A stretch of 64,000 nt of DNA from an uncultured Oligoflexus sp. (lineage in GTDB: Bacteria > Bdellovibrionota_B > Oligoflexia > Oligoflexales > Oligoflexaceae). The position numbers and the translations under genes are program-made. This document shows, piece by piece, positions 36,542 to 46,998 of the stretch; the stretch's first letter is position 1; every line of letters starts with the position of its first letter. Under the pieces are notes generated by a model. That model made no database searches, was not told the DNA's origin, and saw only the letters and a list, made by a program, of their open reading frames with translations. Location: assembly GCA_964236955.1 (NCBI GenBank), contig CAXSGP010000011.1:1-64000 (forward strand), given 5' to 3'.

Positions 36542-37441
36542 ATGCGAGTTTCGGATCGACAGCGTTATGAGCAGGCCAATCATCGCATTGATCAGGCCAA
36601 GACGGACAATGCGGATCTGTTGGAAACGCTTTCGACTCAAAAACGCGTGAATCGCATTTCAGATGATCCGATCGGCGTCGGGCAGATCCTAAGGCGGCGC
36701 AATCAAATCAGTGATATCGGCCAGTTTTCCAAAAACGTTGAATTCACGAAAGGCTATATTGACCGAACGGAAGCCTCGCTGCAAGGGATACACGATTATC
36801 TCATCCGGGCGAAGGAACTTGCGGTAAACTTATCCAACGGGACCTATGCTGCCAATAGTCGGGAAGCAGCGGGGCTGGAAGTAAAAGAAATTGTTGAAGG
36901 TGTCGTTTCGCTTGCGAACTCGTCCTATAATAACCGTTATGTCTTTGGTGGCTTTCGCACCCAAACGCCACCGGTGACGGGCGATGGCCAATTCACAGGT
37001 GACGATGGGGCTGTCTTTCTGCAGATTGAAAGCGGAACCTTCCGGCAGATCAATCTGCAGGCCCGTTCCCTCTTCGAGCCAACCGCCGACGAACGGGCCA
37101 AAGGGCATTTTGGAATGGTGGAGACCCTGGCTCTTTTACGCGATTCGCTTAAGGATAATGATATCCACGGCATCCGAAAAGCTATGGATGAGCTTGACTT
37201 TCAGATGGATAAAACCACCTCAAGTCAATCGATACTGGGATCGGTTTACAATGCAATTGACGAGACTTCCAAACGTCTCGAACTCAATAATGAGTTGACC
37301 CAGTCCGACCTTTCGCGTTTGGAGGATGCGGATGTCTATCGGGCCACGACTGACTTTAAGAAGACCGAGGCCATCTTACAAAGTACATTGATGGCTTCGA
37401 ATAAGTTGCTTCAGCCCTCGCTGCTGAACTTTTTGCAGTGA
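36542..37441 (+). CDS. flgL: Hook-associated protein FlgL
   Basis: MRVS, RVNRISDDP, RYVFGG, LEDAD, PSLLNFL. Confidence 0.95.
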   Translation: MRVSDRQRYEQANHRIDQAKTDNADLLETLSTQKRVNRISDDPIGVGQILRRRNQISDIGQFSKNVEFTKGYIDRTEASLQGIHDYLIRAKELAVNLSNGTYAANSREAAGLEVKEIVEGVVSLANSSYNNRYVFGGFRTQTPPVTGDGQFTGDDGAVFLQIESGTFRQINLQARSLFEPTADERAKGHFGMVETLALLRDSLKDNDIHGIRKAMDELDFQMDKTTSSQSILGSVYNAIDETSKRLELNNELTQSDLSRLEDADVYRATTDFKKTEAILQSTLMASNKLLQPSLLNFLQ

Positions 37442-37480
37442 GACTAGAGACTAGCGCCATCTGCCAGGGAGGGTAATAAG

Positions 37481-37780
37481 GTGCTTGTATTAACCAGGAA
37501 AGTCGGTGAAGGGATTGCGATCGGCGATGATATCAAAATCGTCGTGATGCAGATAAAGGGCAAACAGGTTCGTCTCGGAATCAAAGCCAGCGCCAGTACC
37601 GTGGTTCATCGCGAAGAAGTCTATCAACGCATCCAGGATGAGAATCGGCAGGCTTCCTATTCGCAGGTCGCCAGCGTCGACCAGGCAAGCGATATTATGG
37701 AAGATGCCGAAGCTTTGTCCATGCCAATTGGTTCGCCTTTTAAGAAGGTTACACGGGGCTCGAAAAAGCCCGATTCCTAA
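37481..37780 (+). CDS. csrA: Carbon storage regulator CsrA
   Basis: [18 protein letters not shown]…VRLGIKA…VHREEVY with the C-terminal extension seen in FliW-controlled CsrA. Confidence 0.97.
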   Translation: MLVLTRKVGEGIAIGDDIKIVVMQIKGKQVRLGIKASASTVVHREEVYQRIQDENRQASYSQVASVDQASDIMEDAEALSMPIGSPFKKVTRGSKKPDS

Positions 37781-37873
37781 GCTGGGCAGACTCTATTCTT
37801 GTTGCCCTATGGAACTTAGGTTAGACTTGTGGGATGGATCTTGTTATCGACTACAATTCCAAGGAGTAGGGCC

Positions 37874-38407
37874 TTGATAAAGGTGAAAACTACGCGCTTC
37901 GGCGAGATCGATATCGACGAAAAAGATGTGATCACCCTCCCTGCTGGTATCATCGGATTTCCGGAGTTGAAGCAGTACGTGCTATTGGATCATGATCAAG
38001 ATTCGCCTTTCAAATGGCTGCAGGCTCTCGAGGACGGAGCGATTGCCTTCGTTTTGATCAATCCTTTATTATTTAAGCCTGATTATCTCGTTGAAGTGAA
38101 CGAAGGCGAGGTCGGTGACCTTGAAATCGATAATGAAGAAGATGCCGTCGTTTCCGTTATCATCACCATGCCAAGTGACCCGCAAAAGATGACGGCCAAT
38201 CTTAAGGCTCCCGTGATTTTCAACCTCAAAAATCACAAGGGTCGGCAGATTATTCTCAATACCTCGGAATACACGACCCGGCACAACATTATGGAAGAGA
38301 TGCGGAAGTATGCCTCTCAGCCCAAGGCGGATGGACTCGAAGCGACAATCGAACAGGCTAAAGAACTTAGCCAGGATAAAGTAAAAAAAGTTGAAAAAAA
38401 GGGCTGA
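37874..38407 (+). CDS. fliW: Flagellar assembly factor FliW
   Basis: KTTRFGEI, GIIGFP, FKWLQ, TANLKAPVIFN; TTG 37874 after AAGGAG. Confidence 0.95.
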   Translation: MIKVKTTRFGEIDIDEKDVITLPAGIIGFPELKQYVLLDHDQDSPFKWLQALEDGAIAFVLINPLLFKPDYLVEVNEGEVGDLEIDNEEDAVVSVIITMPSDPQKMTANLKAPVIFNLKNHKGRQIILNTSEYTTRHNIMEEMRKYASQPKADGLEATIEQAKELSQDKVKKVEKKG

Positions 38408-38441
38408 TCGGCCATGGTGATGGCAAGTCAGTAAGGATTCA

Positions 38442-38473
38442 TGAAGGGAAGCTCCAGGCGGAGCTTCCCTTCA
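38442..38473. terminator. Perfect 14-bp hairpin between convergent genes
   Basis: TGAAGGGAAGCTCC-AGGC-GGAGCTTCCCTTCA; U-tails are weak. Confidence 0.65.
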
Positions 38474-39364
38474 GTGTTTCTCTTCGGAGTTTTGAGCGTC
38501 GCTTACCAGCTTTTTGAGCCAGCTGTTATAGAGTCGATGCAGATGCCAAAACACAGCATTCTTTCGAGTCGTGTGCAATCGATGTTTGTCGATAAGGCTC
38601 ACCGGCCTCAAAAGACGCACGCTTGAGCAGATGAACACTTCATCAAATCGTGGTAATTCCTCGACTGTTACTATTCTTTCCGTCACCGGAATTTTGGCAA
38701 GCGTCAGCAGTTCAATCAGCCGGCCCCGAGTGACCCCGGGAAGAATTCCACTGGAGATGGGTGGCGTTGCAATCTCGACAAGATCGCCTTCGCGACTGAG
38801 TAGAAAGATATTCGCGGTGCCGCATTCCGTAAATTCTCCTTCCGGGTTTACCCACAGGACATCATCAAATCCTTCTTTTGCAGATTCCATGCTGCGGCTT
38901 ATCGTCCAAAGATAATTGTTGGACTTGGTCACATCATCTCTTTGATGAGCCGGATGCCGCTTGATTTTGAGTTTGGCTCCTTCCATGTCGGGTGCATAGA
39001 CGGGAAATGGCAGCGGGGTATGGTAGAGATAGCGTTCCGGCTTCATCGGACCGCATGGGATCAGCGGCCCCCCGATGCCGCGCGAGACGACCAGTCGAAT
39101 ATGAGCGTAGTCAGACGGATGGAGGCTAAGGAGATTATCAATGTCGAAGCGCAGGATTTGATCGGGCCATGGGACTGGTATTTCATGAATTTTGGCGCTA
39201 TTTCGTAAGCGGTCCATATGCCGCTCAAAATCAATTAAGATCCCATTCCTGACGGCAAAAATCTCGTAAATACAGTCCCCATAAAGGAAACCGCGATCAA
39301 GAGCGGGGACCAGTGCCTGCAGTTCTGTATAGATATGCCCGTTAATCATGACATAGGACGACAT
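38471..39364 (-). CDS. PLP fold-IV aminotransferase family (PabC / D-amino-acid aminotransferase / IlvE-like)
   Basis: DRGFLYGDCIYE, HMDRL, KSNNY, ECGTANIF, ILPGVTR; start ATG 39364. Confidence 0.9.
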   Translation of the reverse strand: MSSYVMINGHIYTELQALVPALDRGFLYGDCIYEIFAVRNGILIDFERHMDRLRNSAKIHEIPVPWPDQILRFDIDNLLSLHPSDYAHIRLVVSRGIGGPLIPCGPMKPERYLYHTPLPFPVYAPDMEGAKLKIKRHPAHQRDDVTKSNNYLWTISRSMESAKEGFDDVLWVNPEGEFTECGTANIFLLSREGDLVEIATPPISSGILPGVTRGRLIELLTLAKIPVTERIVTVEELPRFDEVFICSSVRLLRPVSLIDKHRLHTTRKNAVFWHLHRLYNSWLKKLVSDAQNSEEKH

Positions 39365-39461
39365 AGTTAGTCCTTGCGATTTAAGGGTGAGAGTGCTAGT
39401 CAAAGCAGTCCTCTCACTTATTGACTTAGTGAAGGGCTGCCGCCAATAGGAGTATGAAGAT

Positions 39462-40805
39462 ATGGAAGTTTTAGCTTCCCCAACCCGCAAAGTCCATTTG
39501 ATTTCTTTAGGGTGCGCTCGGAACCGAGCCGATTCCGAAGTTATGCTTGGATCTTTGATGGCAAATAATTATTCGATAACGGATGACGCTGAAGCAGCCG
39601 ACACCGTGGTGATCAACACCTGCGGTTTTATTGAAGCGGCCAAAGCCGAAAGCGTTCAGACCATTCTGGACGCCGCGGAACTCAAGAAGATCAATCCCAA
39701 TATGAAAATCGTGGTCGCAGGTTGTTTAACCCAACGCTACAAAGGCCAGCTGGTTGACGGCCTTCCAGAAGTTGACCTGTTTGTCGGAACCGACGAATTT
39801 CCAAAGATCGCTGAGTTCTTAAAGCAGGATCTCCCCATGGGAACAGTTCGTGCCCAGCGTACGCACTATCTCTACGATGGTAGCCTGCCAAAGAAAAATA
39901 CTCTGACCTCGTCGTCGGCCTATGTAAAAGTCGCAGAAGGTTGCCAGCATAATTGCTCATTTTGTATTATCCCGGCGATTCGTGGTCAATTGCGTTCCAG
40001 GCCCATCAGCAATGTTGTGATGGAAGTTGAAGCGCTGGCTAAGGAAGGGGTGAAAGAGATCAATCTGATCGCCCAGGATTTGGCTGCCTACGGCCGCGAC
40101 TGGGGATCGTCGGATCTGCTTGACCTCCTGAAGGCGCTGGTCGCGGTTGAGGGCATCGAGTGGATTCGACTGCTCTATGTTTATCCGGAAAATATCAGCG
40201 ATGAATTTATCGAGCTTCTTGCTTCGCATCCCAAGATCGTGAAGTATCTCGATATTCCTGTCCAGCACGCCAGCGACAATCTGCTGAAGAAAATGAATCG
40301 CGATATTTCACGAGACGGACTTCGTTCCATTTTCGGCAAGCTGCGTGAGCGGGTTCCCGGACTGGCGATCCGCACCTCGGTAATGGTGGGTTTTCCCGGT
40401 GAAACGGCCGAAGATTTTCAATTGCTTAAAGACTTTGTCCTCGAGCAGCGTTTCGATCATTTGGGCTGTTTTACTTATTCGCAGGAAGAGGGTACCGTCG
40501 CGGGGCGTATGAGCCATCAGCTTGATGAAGATCTCAAAGTCGAGCGTCAGGCAGAACTGATGGCTTTGCAGCGAGAGATATCGGCGGATCGCCTTATAGA
40601 TTATGTCGGTAAAGTTGTTAAGGTCCTGGTCAAAGGCCTGTCCGACGAATCTGATCTGCTGGCCGAGGGCCGCCTGTCGACTCAAGCTCCTGAGGTCGAT
40701 GGCGTCGTTTATATCAACGACGGTGCATTCAAGACGGGGACCATTCAAAGTGTATTGATCACCGATTCCCACGACTACGATCTCGTCGGACGTGTTATCG
40801 ATTAA
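39462..40805 (+). CDS. rimO: Ribosomal protein S12 methylthiotransferase
   Basis: SLGCARNRADSE, NTCGFI, AEGCQHNCSFCIIP, IRLLYVYP, APEVDG (TRAM). Confidence 0.97.
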   Translation: MEVLASPTRKVHLISLGCARNRADSEVMLGSLMANNYSITDDAEAADTVVINTCGFIEAAKAESVQTILDAAELKKINPNMKIVVAGCLTQRYKGQLVDGLPEVDLFVGTDEFPKIAEFLKQDLPMGTVRAQRTHYLYDGSLPKKNTLTSSSAYVKVAEGCQHNCSFCIIPAIRGQLRSRPISNVVMEVEALAKEGVKEINLIAQDLAAYGRDWGSSDLLDLLKALVAVEGIEWIRLLYVYPENISDEFIELLASHPKIVKYLDIPVQHASDNLLKKMNRDISRDGLRSIFGKLRERVPGLAIRTSVMVGFPGETAEDFQLLKDFVLEQRFDHLGCFTYSQEEGTVAGRMSHQLDEDLKVERQAELMALQREISADRLIDYVGKVVKVLVKGLSDESDLLAEGRLSTQAPEVDGVVYINDGAFKTGTIQSVLITDSHDYDLVGRVID

Positions 40806-40835
40806 GCTCGCCTGCAGGTTGTCTGGATGCCTGTC

Positions 40836-41246
40836 TTAGAAACGGGCAAGAGTCCAGCGGCCTGTTACACCGGCAAACTGATTTTGCTTTAAGGGATTAA
40901 AAATCGGGCTGATCTCAAGCGGTGCGCTGGCCTTGGCATCCGCTGCATAGGTTTGCGCATCCGCGAAATTTCCCGCTACCGGGGCAAATATCAAATACGA
41001 TCCTAAAAAGCTCCCCGTGATGAAGCCCACTGAAGCCCCAATCGCCACAAATTTTAGGTTTTTGTCGGGTTTTGGTTGAAAGCTTAAAAGTGCAGCCCCA
41101 AAAGCGGCACCGAAGGCCGCGCCGTAACCTGCCGTCACAAAGAGGTCTTGAAAACGCTCCTCCGTGCTGAGCATTTGAGCTTGGCAATTGGCTGAAATTA
41201 ATGATGAACTTAGCGACAGACTGGCAAATAGAAGGATGCGTTTCAT
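40836..41246 (-). CDS. Exported/membrane hypothetical protein with Gly-rich hydrophobic segments
   Basis: Signal peptide, GYGAAFGAAFGAA and GASVGFITGSFLG, C-terminal Phe. Confidence 0.65.
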   Translation of the reverse strand: MKRILLFASLSLSSSLISANCQAQMLSTEERFQDLFVTAGYGAAFGAAFGAALLSFQPKPDKNLKFVAIGASVGFITGSFLGSYLIFAPVAGNFADAQTYAADAKASAPLEISPIFNPLKQNQFAGVTGRWTLARF

Positions 41247-41639
41247 AGGCGAATTACCTTTTCCTTTGAAATTTCGAAAGGAAGCTATAGGGTAAGTCTA
41301 CCAAGCGGCAAAGTTTTTGCCTAGAAAGCGCGTCATTTTGTTGGTTTTTATGGAGCTCCGGACTTTTTACCATTTGCCAGCACGTGCCGCTTAGGGATTG
41401 ACAAGGCAAATATAATCCCCTATGCAACTGTACAAGGAATAAGGTAACATACACCCTCGACGAGGTTCCTGCCTTTAGCCATAAGTCTTCATTTGAGTCG
41501 TCAATAATATTTTTCGAAACGCCTATGAAAAATTTGTTGAATATCCAAAAATTAGATTTAAGTTCCCTATTCTTTGGCCTGTGTCTGTAATATTTTTCAG
41601 CCAACCCAATCTTAAATTACCCACCGAAGAGAGCTAATC

Positions 41640-43046
41640 ATGTCAGAAAAGGAAAAGCCACCAACGTTGACTACACGTGGCAAAAAGGCAGCAATTACTA
41701 AAATCGAAAAGATTGAAAAAGTCGATTCCGAGCAACCTGCCATTATCGAAGCCCCGGTCAATGTTCAAGCTCCCCACACCACTGGCGGCCAAGTCGACAT
41801 TAACTTGAAAGAACTCAAGGAAAGAAAAATTTCTGACCTGAACAAGCTCGCCCGTGAGTTCGGCATTGAAGGTTCCAGCAGCATGAGAAAGCAAGACTTG
41901 ATCTTTGCTCTCCTGCAGGCTCAGTCGGAACGTGGCGGTGTCATCTATGGTGAGGGTGTCCTCGAGACCCTTCCCGATGGTTTCGGCTTCCTGCGTGCAC
42001 CTGATTACAACTATCTCCCAGGACCTGATGATATTTATGTGTCGCCTTCGCAGATACGTCGATTCAATCTGCGTACGGGTGATACCGTGTCTGGCCAGAT
42101 TCGCCCTCCAAAAGACAGTGAGCGTTATTTCGCTTTGCTCAAGGTCGAGTCAGTCAACGGTGCGGCACCAGATCCAGGCTTTGATAAGATACTCTTCGAC
42201 AACCTGACCCCGCTCTACCCGATGGAAAAGTTCAAGATGGAAGTCTCGGCCATCAACTATTCCACGCGTATCATCGATATCATGTGCCCCATCGGTAAGG
42301 GTCAGCGCGCTCTTATCGTCGCGCCACCCCGTACGGGTAAAACCGTTCTCCTACAAAATATCGCGCATTCTATTGAAAAGAATCACCCAGAAGCTATTCT
42401 GATCGTTCTTTTGATCGACGAACGTCCCGAGGAAGTCACGGATATGGAGCGATCGGTACGCGGTGAGGTCATTTCTTCGACCTTCGACGAGCCGGCTCAA
42501 CGGCACGTTCAGGTTGCTGAAATGGTCATTGAGAAGGCGAAGCGATTGGTCGAGCACAAGCACGATGTCGTCATTCTGCTCGACTCGATCACCCGTCTCG
42601 CCCGTGCTTATAACTCGGTTGTACCGCCCTCTGGAAAAATTCTATCCGGTGGTGTCGATTCCAATGCCTTGCATAAGCCAAAAAGATTTTTTGGCGCGGC
42701 GCGCAACATTGAAGACGGTGGCTCTTTGACTATTATCGCAACAGCGTTAGTGGATACCGGCTCCCGAATGGACGAAGTGATCTTCGAAGAATTCAAGGGT
42801 ACCGGCAACATGGAACTTGTTCTCGACCGCAAGTTGTCGGAGAAGCGCGTCTTCCCGGCGATGGACATCAACAAGTCAGGAACTCGAAAAGAAGAGTTGC
42901 TCTTGCCAAAAGACGTCCTGAACCGTATGTGGATACTGCGCAAATTGCTGCAGCCTTTGAACACTGTCGATGCCATGGAGTTCCTGGTCACCAAGCTAGA
43001 GAAAACCCAGAGCAATGTTGAGTTCTTAGAATCAATGAATGGATAA
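41640..43046 (+). CDS. rho: Transcription termination factor Rho
   Basis: [48 protein letters not shown]. Confidence 0.99.
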   Translation: MSEKEKPPTLTTRGKKAAITKIEKIEKVDSEQPAIIEAPVNVQAPHTTGGQVDINLKELKERKISDLNKLAREFGIEGSSSMRKQDLIFALLQAQSERGGVIYGEGVLETLPDGFGFLRAPDYNYLPGPDDIYVSPSQIRRFNLRTGDTVSGQIRPPKDSERYFALLKVESVNGAAPDPGFDKILFDNLTPLYPMEKFKMEVSAINYSTRIIDIMCPIGKGQRALIVAPPRTGKTVLLQNIAHSIEKNHPEAILIVLLIDERPEEVTDMERSVRGEVISSTFDEPAQRHVQVAEMVIEKAKRLVEHKHDVVILLDSITRLARAYNSVVPPSGKILSGGVDSNALHKPKRFFGAARNIEDGGSLTIIATALVDTGSRMDEVIFEEFKGTGNMELVLDRKLSEKRVFPAMDINKSGTRKEELLLPKDVLNRMWILRKLLQPLNTVDAMEFLVTKLEKTQSNVEFLESMNG

Positions 43047-43115
43047 TGCCTGGCCCAAGGGATGTCGCGATTGGCGTGGTATCTAGGGCCCGTGACTTGT
43101 TTTAAGGGAAAGCCG

Positions 43116-43316
43116 ATGAAAGAGAACATTCACCCGAAGTATGTTGAATCGCATGTACATTGTGCGTGTGGAACAAAATTTACAACTCGTTCTGTTAAAC
43201 CAGAGATTCAGATCGAAATCTGCAGTCAGTGCCACCCATTCTTCACGGGTAAGCAAAAACTGATGGATACTGCCGGTCGTATTGAGAAATTCAAGAAGAA
43301 GTACGCTCAAAAATAA
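43116..43316 (+). CDS. rpmE: 50S ribosomal protein L31 (Zn-binding type)
   Basis: [29 protein letters not shown]. Confidence 0.97.
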   Translation: MKENIHPKYVESHVHCACGTKFTTRSVKPEIQIEICSQCHPFFTGKQKLMDTAGRIEKFKKKYAQK

Positions 43317-43571
43317 GCTGCGTCTGGTTGATTGTGAGAGGATTTTGCAGTACGCTCATGATCAGAAGTTCTCTCATGAAGGGGAAATCCTGGCAGAAGA
43401 GCAGTCGCATGACGAGTCCTTTCGCTCGATATTTCCTCCGGTCGCGGCGCGATCGAATTATGAATTGGCTTCCCGTAAAAGTCAGATCGATTGCCCGAAT
43501 TCCCCTGTTAAGGTGGATTTGGGCATTCTTCTTTGAGGCTAATCTTAGGACAGCGTGAAAGCGAGCACTCA

Positions 43572-44654
43572 ATGTACGAAAAACTAGAATCGATTGAGTT
43601 ACGATTTGGGGAAATCGATAGCATCATGTCGAGGCAAGGTCTGAGCGGCACGGAGCTAACCAAGCTTTCGCGGGAGCGTGCTAGTTATGCGGATATTGTG
43701 GAAGCCTATCAGCTTTACAAAAAGACGAAGTCCGAACGTGACCAGGCGAAGGTGATTCTCAACGAAGAAAGCGATGCAGAGATGCGGAGCATGGCCAAGG
43801 AGGAGCTGGAGTTGCTCGAGGCTCAAGTGATCGAAATTGAGCAGCGGATGCAAGTCCTTACCCTTCCCAAAGATCCCAATGATGATCGTAATATCATGCT
43901 GGAAGTAAGGGCTGGCACCGGGGGTGAGGAAGCCTCTCTTTTCGCAGCCGATCTTTTGCGTATGTATACGCGTTTTGCCGAAAACAGTCGCTGGAAGGTC
44001 GAACTCATGTCAGCAACCGAATCAGCAACCGGTGGTTACCGCGAGGCGATCGTCTTGATAAGCGGCGAAAGTGTGTATAGGCGCATGAAGTTTGAGTCAG
44101 GCGTGCACAGGGTGCAGAGGGTGCCAGCGACGGAAGCGCAAGGCCGCATCCATACCTCAGCTTGTACAGTTGCCGTTCTTTTGGAAGTTGAGGACATAGA
44201 TGAAGTCCATATCGATACCAAAGATATTGAGATAACTCTTTGTCGATCCTCTGGTGCTGGCGGTCAGCACGTTAACACGACTGATTCCGCTGTCCGTATT
44301 GTTCATAAGCCGACGGGTGTCGTGGTTGAATGTCAGGATGAACGGTCCCAGATAAAAAACAAAGAGCGGGCGATGAAAGTCTTGAGAAGTCGCCTTTTGG
44401 AACGCGCTCAGCGGGAGCAGCAGGATGCAATTAGCGCTGATCGTAAGAGTCAGGTTGGAAGCGGCGACCGGAGTGAAAGAATTCGGACCTATAACTTTCC
44501 GCAAGGTCGACTGACCGACCACAGAATAAACCTCACGCTCTATAAGCTGGCAGCGGTGATGGAGGGTGATCTCAATGAAGTTCTTGATGGATTGGCGACG
44601 GCGCATCAAACCGAACTCCTAAAAAGCGAGTTGGAGAAGACTCAGGGGATTTAA
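43572..44654 (+). CDS. prfA: Peptide chain release factor 1
   Basis: GTGGEEA, PAT motif (RVPATE), GAGGQHVN, RIRTYNFPQ; start ATG 43572. Confidence 0.98.
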   Translation: MYEKLESIELRFGEIDSIMSRQGLSGTELTKLSRERASYADIVEAYQLYKKTKSERDQAKVILNEESDAEMRSMAKEELELLEAQVIEIEQRMQVLTLPKDPNDDRNIMLEVRAGTGGEEASLFAADLLRMYTRFAENSRWKVELMSATESATGGYREAIVLISGESVYRRMKFESGVHRVQRVPATEAQGRIHTSACTVAVLLEVEDIDEVHIDTKDIEITLCRSSGAGGQHVNTTDSAVRIVHKPTGVVVECQDERSQIKNKERAMKVLRSRLLERAQREQQDAISADRKSQVGSGDRSERIRTYNFPQGRLTDHRINLTLYKLAAVMEGDLNEVLDGLATAHQTELLKSELEKTQGI

Positions 44655-44658
44655 GGCT

Positions 44659-45531
44659 ATGACACAGGAAATCTGGACCATTAAAGATGTGCTCTCTTGG
44701 TCGATTGGCTTTCTTCAAAAGTCTGGCTCCGACAGCCCGCGCCTCGATGCTGAGCTTCTGCTTGCCGAGGCGCTTGAATGCCGAAGACTCGACCTTTATC
44801 TCGACTATTCCAAACCGCTCCATCACGACGAACGTGAGCGCTATAAGCTCATGATCCGCAGACGCGCGCAGGGCGAACCGGTCGCCTATATCACGGGGCA
44901 CAGGGATTTTTTTGGCCTTAGGTTTCATGTCTCGCCCGCGACCCTGATTCCAAGGCCTGAAACCGAGCATCTGATAGAACTTGTTTTAGCGGCCACCGCC
45001 AAGGATCCGACTCAAAACTTGAGAGTTCTCGACATTGGCACCGGTACCGGATGCCTGGCTGTCGCCTTAAAGCATCACCGTCCCAGCTGGACGGTTGAAG
45101 CGTGGGACTTGAGTAAGGATGCCCTCCTCATCGCTCAATCCAATGCGCTGAGTAATAGCGTGGATATCGAGCTTAGGCAGGTTGATGCACTCGACGCCCA
45201 GGTCTGGGATAAAGATCGTCAAAAATTTGACATTATCGTCTCAAATCCGCCTTATATTTCTGTCGACGAAACGGCGGTCGTGTCTCCTGCTGCTCTTAGA
45301 TTTGAGCCGCATGCCGCGATATTTGCTGAGAAAAATGGCCTGATGTTCTATGAGTGTTTTGCTCGGACGCTGCCCGGAATTTTGCAAGCCAAGGGCAAAG
45401 TTTTCCTTGAAATAGGTTACCAGCAACGAAGTGCAGTATCCTCACTACTAGAGGAAGCGGGATGGACCGACCTGCTTTGCCATAAAGATTTATCGGGCCA
45501 CGATCGAGTCGTAGTTGCTACGTCTCCTTAG
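44659..45531 (+). CDS. prmC: Release factor glutamine methyltransferase
   Basis: GEPVAYI, LIPRPETE, LDIGTGTG, VSNPPY. Confidence 0.97.
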   Translation: MTQEIWTIKDVLSWSIGFLQKSGSDSPRLDAELLLAEALECRRLDLYLDYSKPLHHDERERYKLMIRRRAQGEPVAYITGHRDFFGLRFHVSPATLIPRPETEHLIELVLAATAKDPTQNLRVLDIGTGTGCLAVALKHHRPSWTVEAWDLSKDALLIAQSNALSNSVDIELRQVDALDAQVWDKDRQKFDIIVSNPPYISVDETAVVSPAALRFEPHAAIFAEKNGLMFYECFARTLPGILQAKGKVFLEIGYQQRSAVSSLLEEAGWTDLLCHKDLSGHDRVVVATSP

Positions 45532-45546
45532 TTTCAAGGGAATTTA

Positions 45547-46641
45547 ATGCCCGAGTCTTTTCACCGATCTCACGACTGGGAATCATTTAAACAACTCGTT
45601 AAGACCGTGGCGTTGATGCTGCTCGGAGTCACGCTCCTATCCATACTTTATCGACCGGTATTGCTCGGCGTGGTGTCGAGTTTGATCATCTCTTACATTG
45701 CCAACCCTTTCGTCAACTCGGTCTGCGCCCGTTCGCCTCTTGTCCGGAAAAAAACTGTGGGTTTGATGATCGTTTTTTCCGTGGCCATGATCAGCATCAT
45801 CGCGATTCTGATTCTTCCCTTTATCTATGAAGAAACCCTACACATCGTCCGCATGCTGCCCGAGGCGGTCAGTTACCTAGAAACTATTCTCAAACCTTTT
45901 GCCAGTCGTCTGGCAAGCACCCGCCTGATTCCTGAGGAAGCGGTACAGGCTGGGTTACGCCGCCTCACAGCTTTGCCCGAGATCTTGTCCGAGTCGGCCT
46001 CCGTCCAGCAGCTTTTCATACGGACTCCGGCAGTAATCGAACTGGTGTTCAACATCGCCATGATACCGGCTTTTTGCTATATTTTTCTGGCGGAACTGGA
46101 TCGCCTTAAATTCCTCATAAAAAAATGCATACCCGTGGAGCTGCAGCCACTCGGCATAACGTTTATCTTTCAGGTGAATTTAGTGTTGCGGGCGGTGGTC
46201 AAAGGTCAATTCATCGTCGCTTTTTGCTTGAGCCTTCTTTACATGTTTGGCTTTGCTATCATCGGCGTGCCTTCCGGAATAGTCATTGGAGCCCTGGCCG
46301 GAGTATGCCGGATCGTTCCCTACTTTGATGTCTTCGTCGGACTTCTGCTGTGCACGATCGTGATCCTGACTCAAGGCACCGGACTTGGCATTTTCATCGC
46401 TGCGATCGTAGTCATCACAATCGTCCAAGCTTTAGATGCGATGCTGGTCACGCCGCGGATTATCGGCGATCGAGCCGGGCTTCATCCCATTGTCGTCATA
46501 GCCTCGGTTTATGCCTTTGGCAGTCAGTTTGGATTGTTGGGGGTGTTGCTCGCGGTTCCTGTCGTAGCTGCAACTGTTGTCGTATTAAAATTGAGCTGGC
46601 CTTACCTCAGCCAAAGTTATTTCTTTCGGTCCATCGAATAG
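45547..46641 (+). CDS. AI-2E family transporter
   Basis: Multi-TM; PRIIGDRAGLHP, GLLGVLLAVP. Confidence 0.9.
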   Translation: MPESFHRSHDWESFKQLVKTVALMLLGVTLLSILYRPVLLGVVSSLIISYIANPFVNSVCARSPLVRKKTVGLMIVFSVAMISIIAILILPFIYEETLHIVRMLPEAVSYLETILKPFASRLASTRLIPEEAVQAGLRRLTALPEILSESASVQQLFIRTPAVIELVFNIAMIPAFCYIFLAELDRLKFLIKKCIPVELQPLGITFIFQVNLVLRAVVKGQFIVAFCLSLLYMFGFAIIGVPSGIVIGALAGVCRIVPYFDVFVGLLLCTIVILTQGTGLGIFIAAIVVITIVQALDAMLVTPRIIGDRAGLHPIVVIASVYAFGSQFGLLGVLLAVPVVAATVVVLKLSWPYLSQSYFFRSIE

Positions 46642-46998
46642 GTTAGCGATCAGGTTGGAGTCGGCTCGCAGAACCCAAGCTTTTTTTCAATATTTATCTG
46701 CTGATTTTCCTGTCTATCCGCATGCTTTCTTGCCTTTGGTCCGACCATCTTTCTTGAGCCCCTCGCCGCAAAATTCAGCCAATGCCTATCTGACCGTCTT
46801 CAGTCCCCAGCTCATCTAAGCCGTTAAATAGATATCTCTTTTCCTTTCGGTTTCTTGGCTGAGCCTGGATCTAGCCTTGGGAAACGTCTCGAAGTATGCT
46901 AATGGAATTCTTTCCGTCCATGTTGATTTACAACATTCCGGCTCTGTATAAATGTTGCAGGAAGTCGGACGTCACGAGATAAGGCTGTTTCGAGGACT

